The position numbers were made by a program, and so were the translations under genes. DNA of 26,383 nt, taken from assembly GCF_001945605.1 (NCBI RefSeq), contig NZ_MPKA01000082.1, positions 1 to 26,383 of the forward strand, given 5' to 3'. Positions 26,065 through 26,383 of the stretch are shown in pieces. The stretch is from Dubosiella newyorkensis (GTDB lineage Bacteria > Bacillota_I > Bacilli_A > Erysipelotrichales > Erysipelotrichaceae). The notes beneath the pieces were generated by a model. The model searched no databases, had not been told where the DNA came from, and saw nothing but the letters and a program-made list of their open reading frames with translations. Positions within the stretch are counted from its first letter, which is position 1. Each line of letters opens with the position of its first letter.

Positions 26065-26383
26065 GATAAGCTCCCCTAATAGTAGACACGCCAAACAACT
26101 AAATTTGGAGGTCCTATTAGGGGGCTTTTTATATGGGAAGAAAATCAAAATACACTATAGATTTTAAATTATCTGTTGTTGACCGCTATTTAAATAAAGG
26201 AGAAGGATCCGTCACGATTGGAAAAGATTTAAATCTTAATCCAAACACTGTAATGAAATGGGTAAAACAATTTCAAAAGTCGGATGCTGAAGTTTTTCTG
26301 GAGAAACCAAGAAATCAATCCTATTCAAAAGAATTCAAAATACAAGTGATTGAGGAATATTTGGCAGGAGGATGTTCGTATCC
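26064..26383 (+). mobile_element. IS3-family insertion sequence, left end (element continues beyond the window)
   Basis: The candidate left terminus begins with TG (TGATAAGCTCCCCTAATAGTAGACACGCC...), followed by an OrfA-type HTH transposase gene. GATC density drops to background here. The exact IR boundary is uncertain without the right end. Confidence 0.7.
26133..26383 (+). CDS. IS3-family transposase OrfA (HTH, partial; runs off the window)
   Basis: Own translation: MGRKSKYTIDFKLSVVDRYLNKGEGSVTIGKDLNLNPNTVMKWVKQFQKSDAEVFLEKPRNQSYSKEFKIQVIEEYLAGGCSY. This resembles an IS150/IS3-group OrfA (HTH_Tnp, then a second HTH). SD is GGAGG at 26107-26111. Confidence 0.8.
   Translation, partial: MGRKSKYTIDFKLSVVDRYLNKGEGSVTIGKDLNLNPNTVMKWVKQFQKSDAEVFLEKPRNQSYSKEFKIQVIEEYLAGGCSY

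Noticed and set aside
1-26383. Looked for CRISPR arrays, long direct or inverted repeats, toxin-antitoxin pairs, restriction-modification or other defence gene clusters, and prophage or integrase genes.
   Set aside because: None was seen. Apart from the IS3 end at the right edge, every sizeable ORF has a confident housekeeping assignment or belongs to a common conserved-hypothetical family, so claiming a novel multi-gene system here would be unsupported.

Overview
This 26.4 kb window is a chromosomal core (housekeeping) segment of a low-G+C Bacillota-type genome. The Prp/L27-propeptide system, ylbM(tmcAL)-yceD-rpmF synteny, RNase Y and RNase J fit a Bacilli- or Erysipelotrichia-like organism; the exact taxon cannot be named from sequence alone. 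It opens with the last ~85 nt of a 23S rRNA gene plus a terminator, with no 5S gene behind it. On the + strand follow dnaE, rplU-prp-rpmA (with an L21-leader-like 5' UTR), obg, a DUF1835-like ORF, a YitT-family membrane protein, xth, ruvA-ruvB-recJ-apt-relA, yceD-rpmF, rny, a 58-aa 2x[4Fe-4S] ferredoxin, miaB, an RNase J paralogue, ftsK and a Rid-family protein. On the - strand are a Crp/Fnr regulator, a DUF218/YdcF protein, tmcAL and a ComK-family gene. The right edge enters an IS3-family insertion sequence (partial OrfA). I found no CRISPR array, tRNA, toxin-antitoxin pair, defence island or other convincing novel multi-gene system, so this is mostly an ordinary core region. The most unusual signal is compositional. 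GATC occurs about once per 50 nt inside native genes, several-fold above expectation. It is absent from most promoter spacers and near background in the IS. Smaller points: an RNase J with a degenerate catalytic site; a Rid protein lacking the catalytic Arg that overlaps the ComK-like gene convergently, with a + strand terminator inside that gene; two leaderless-looking genes (dnaE, comK-like); an unexplained 229-nt region with an orphan SD upstream of xth; a promoter nested in the ferredoxin terminator ahead of miaB; and an IS inserted at a terminator stem. All coordinates and counts come from manual reading and need computational confirmation.
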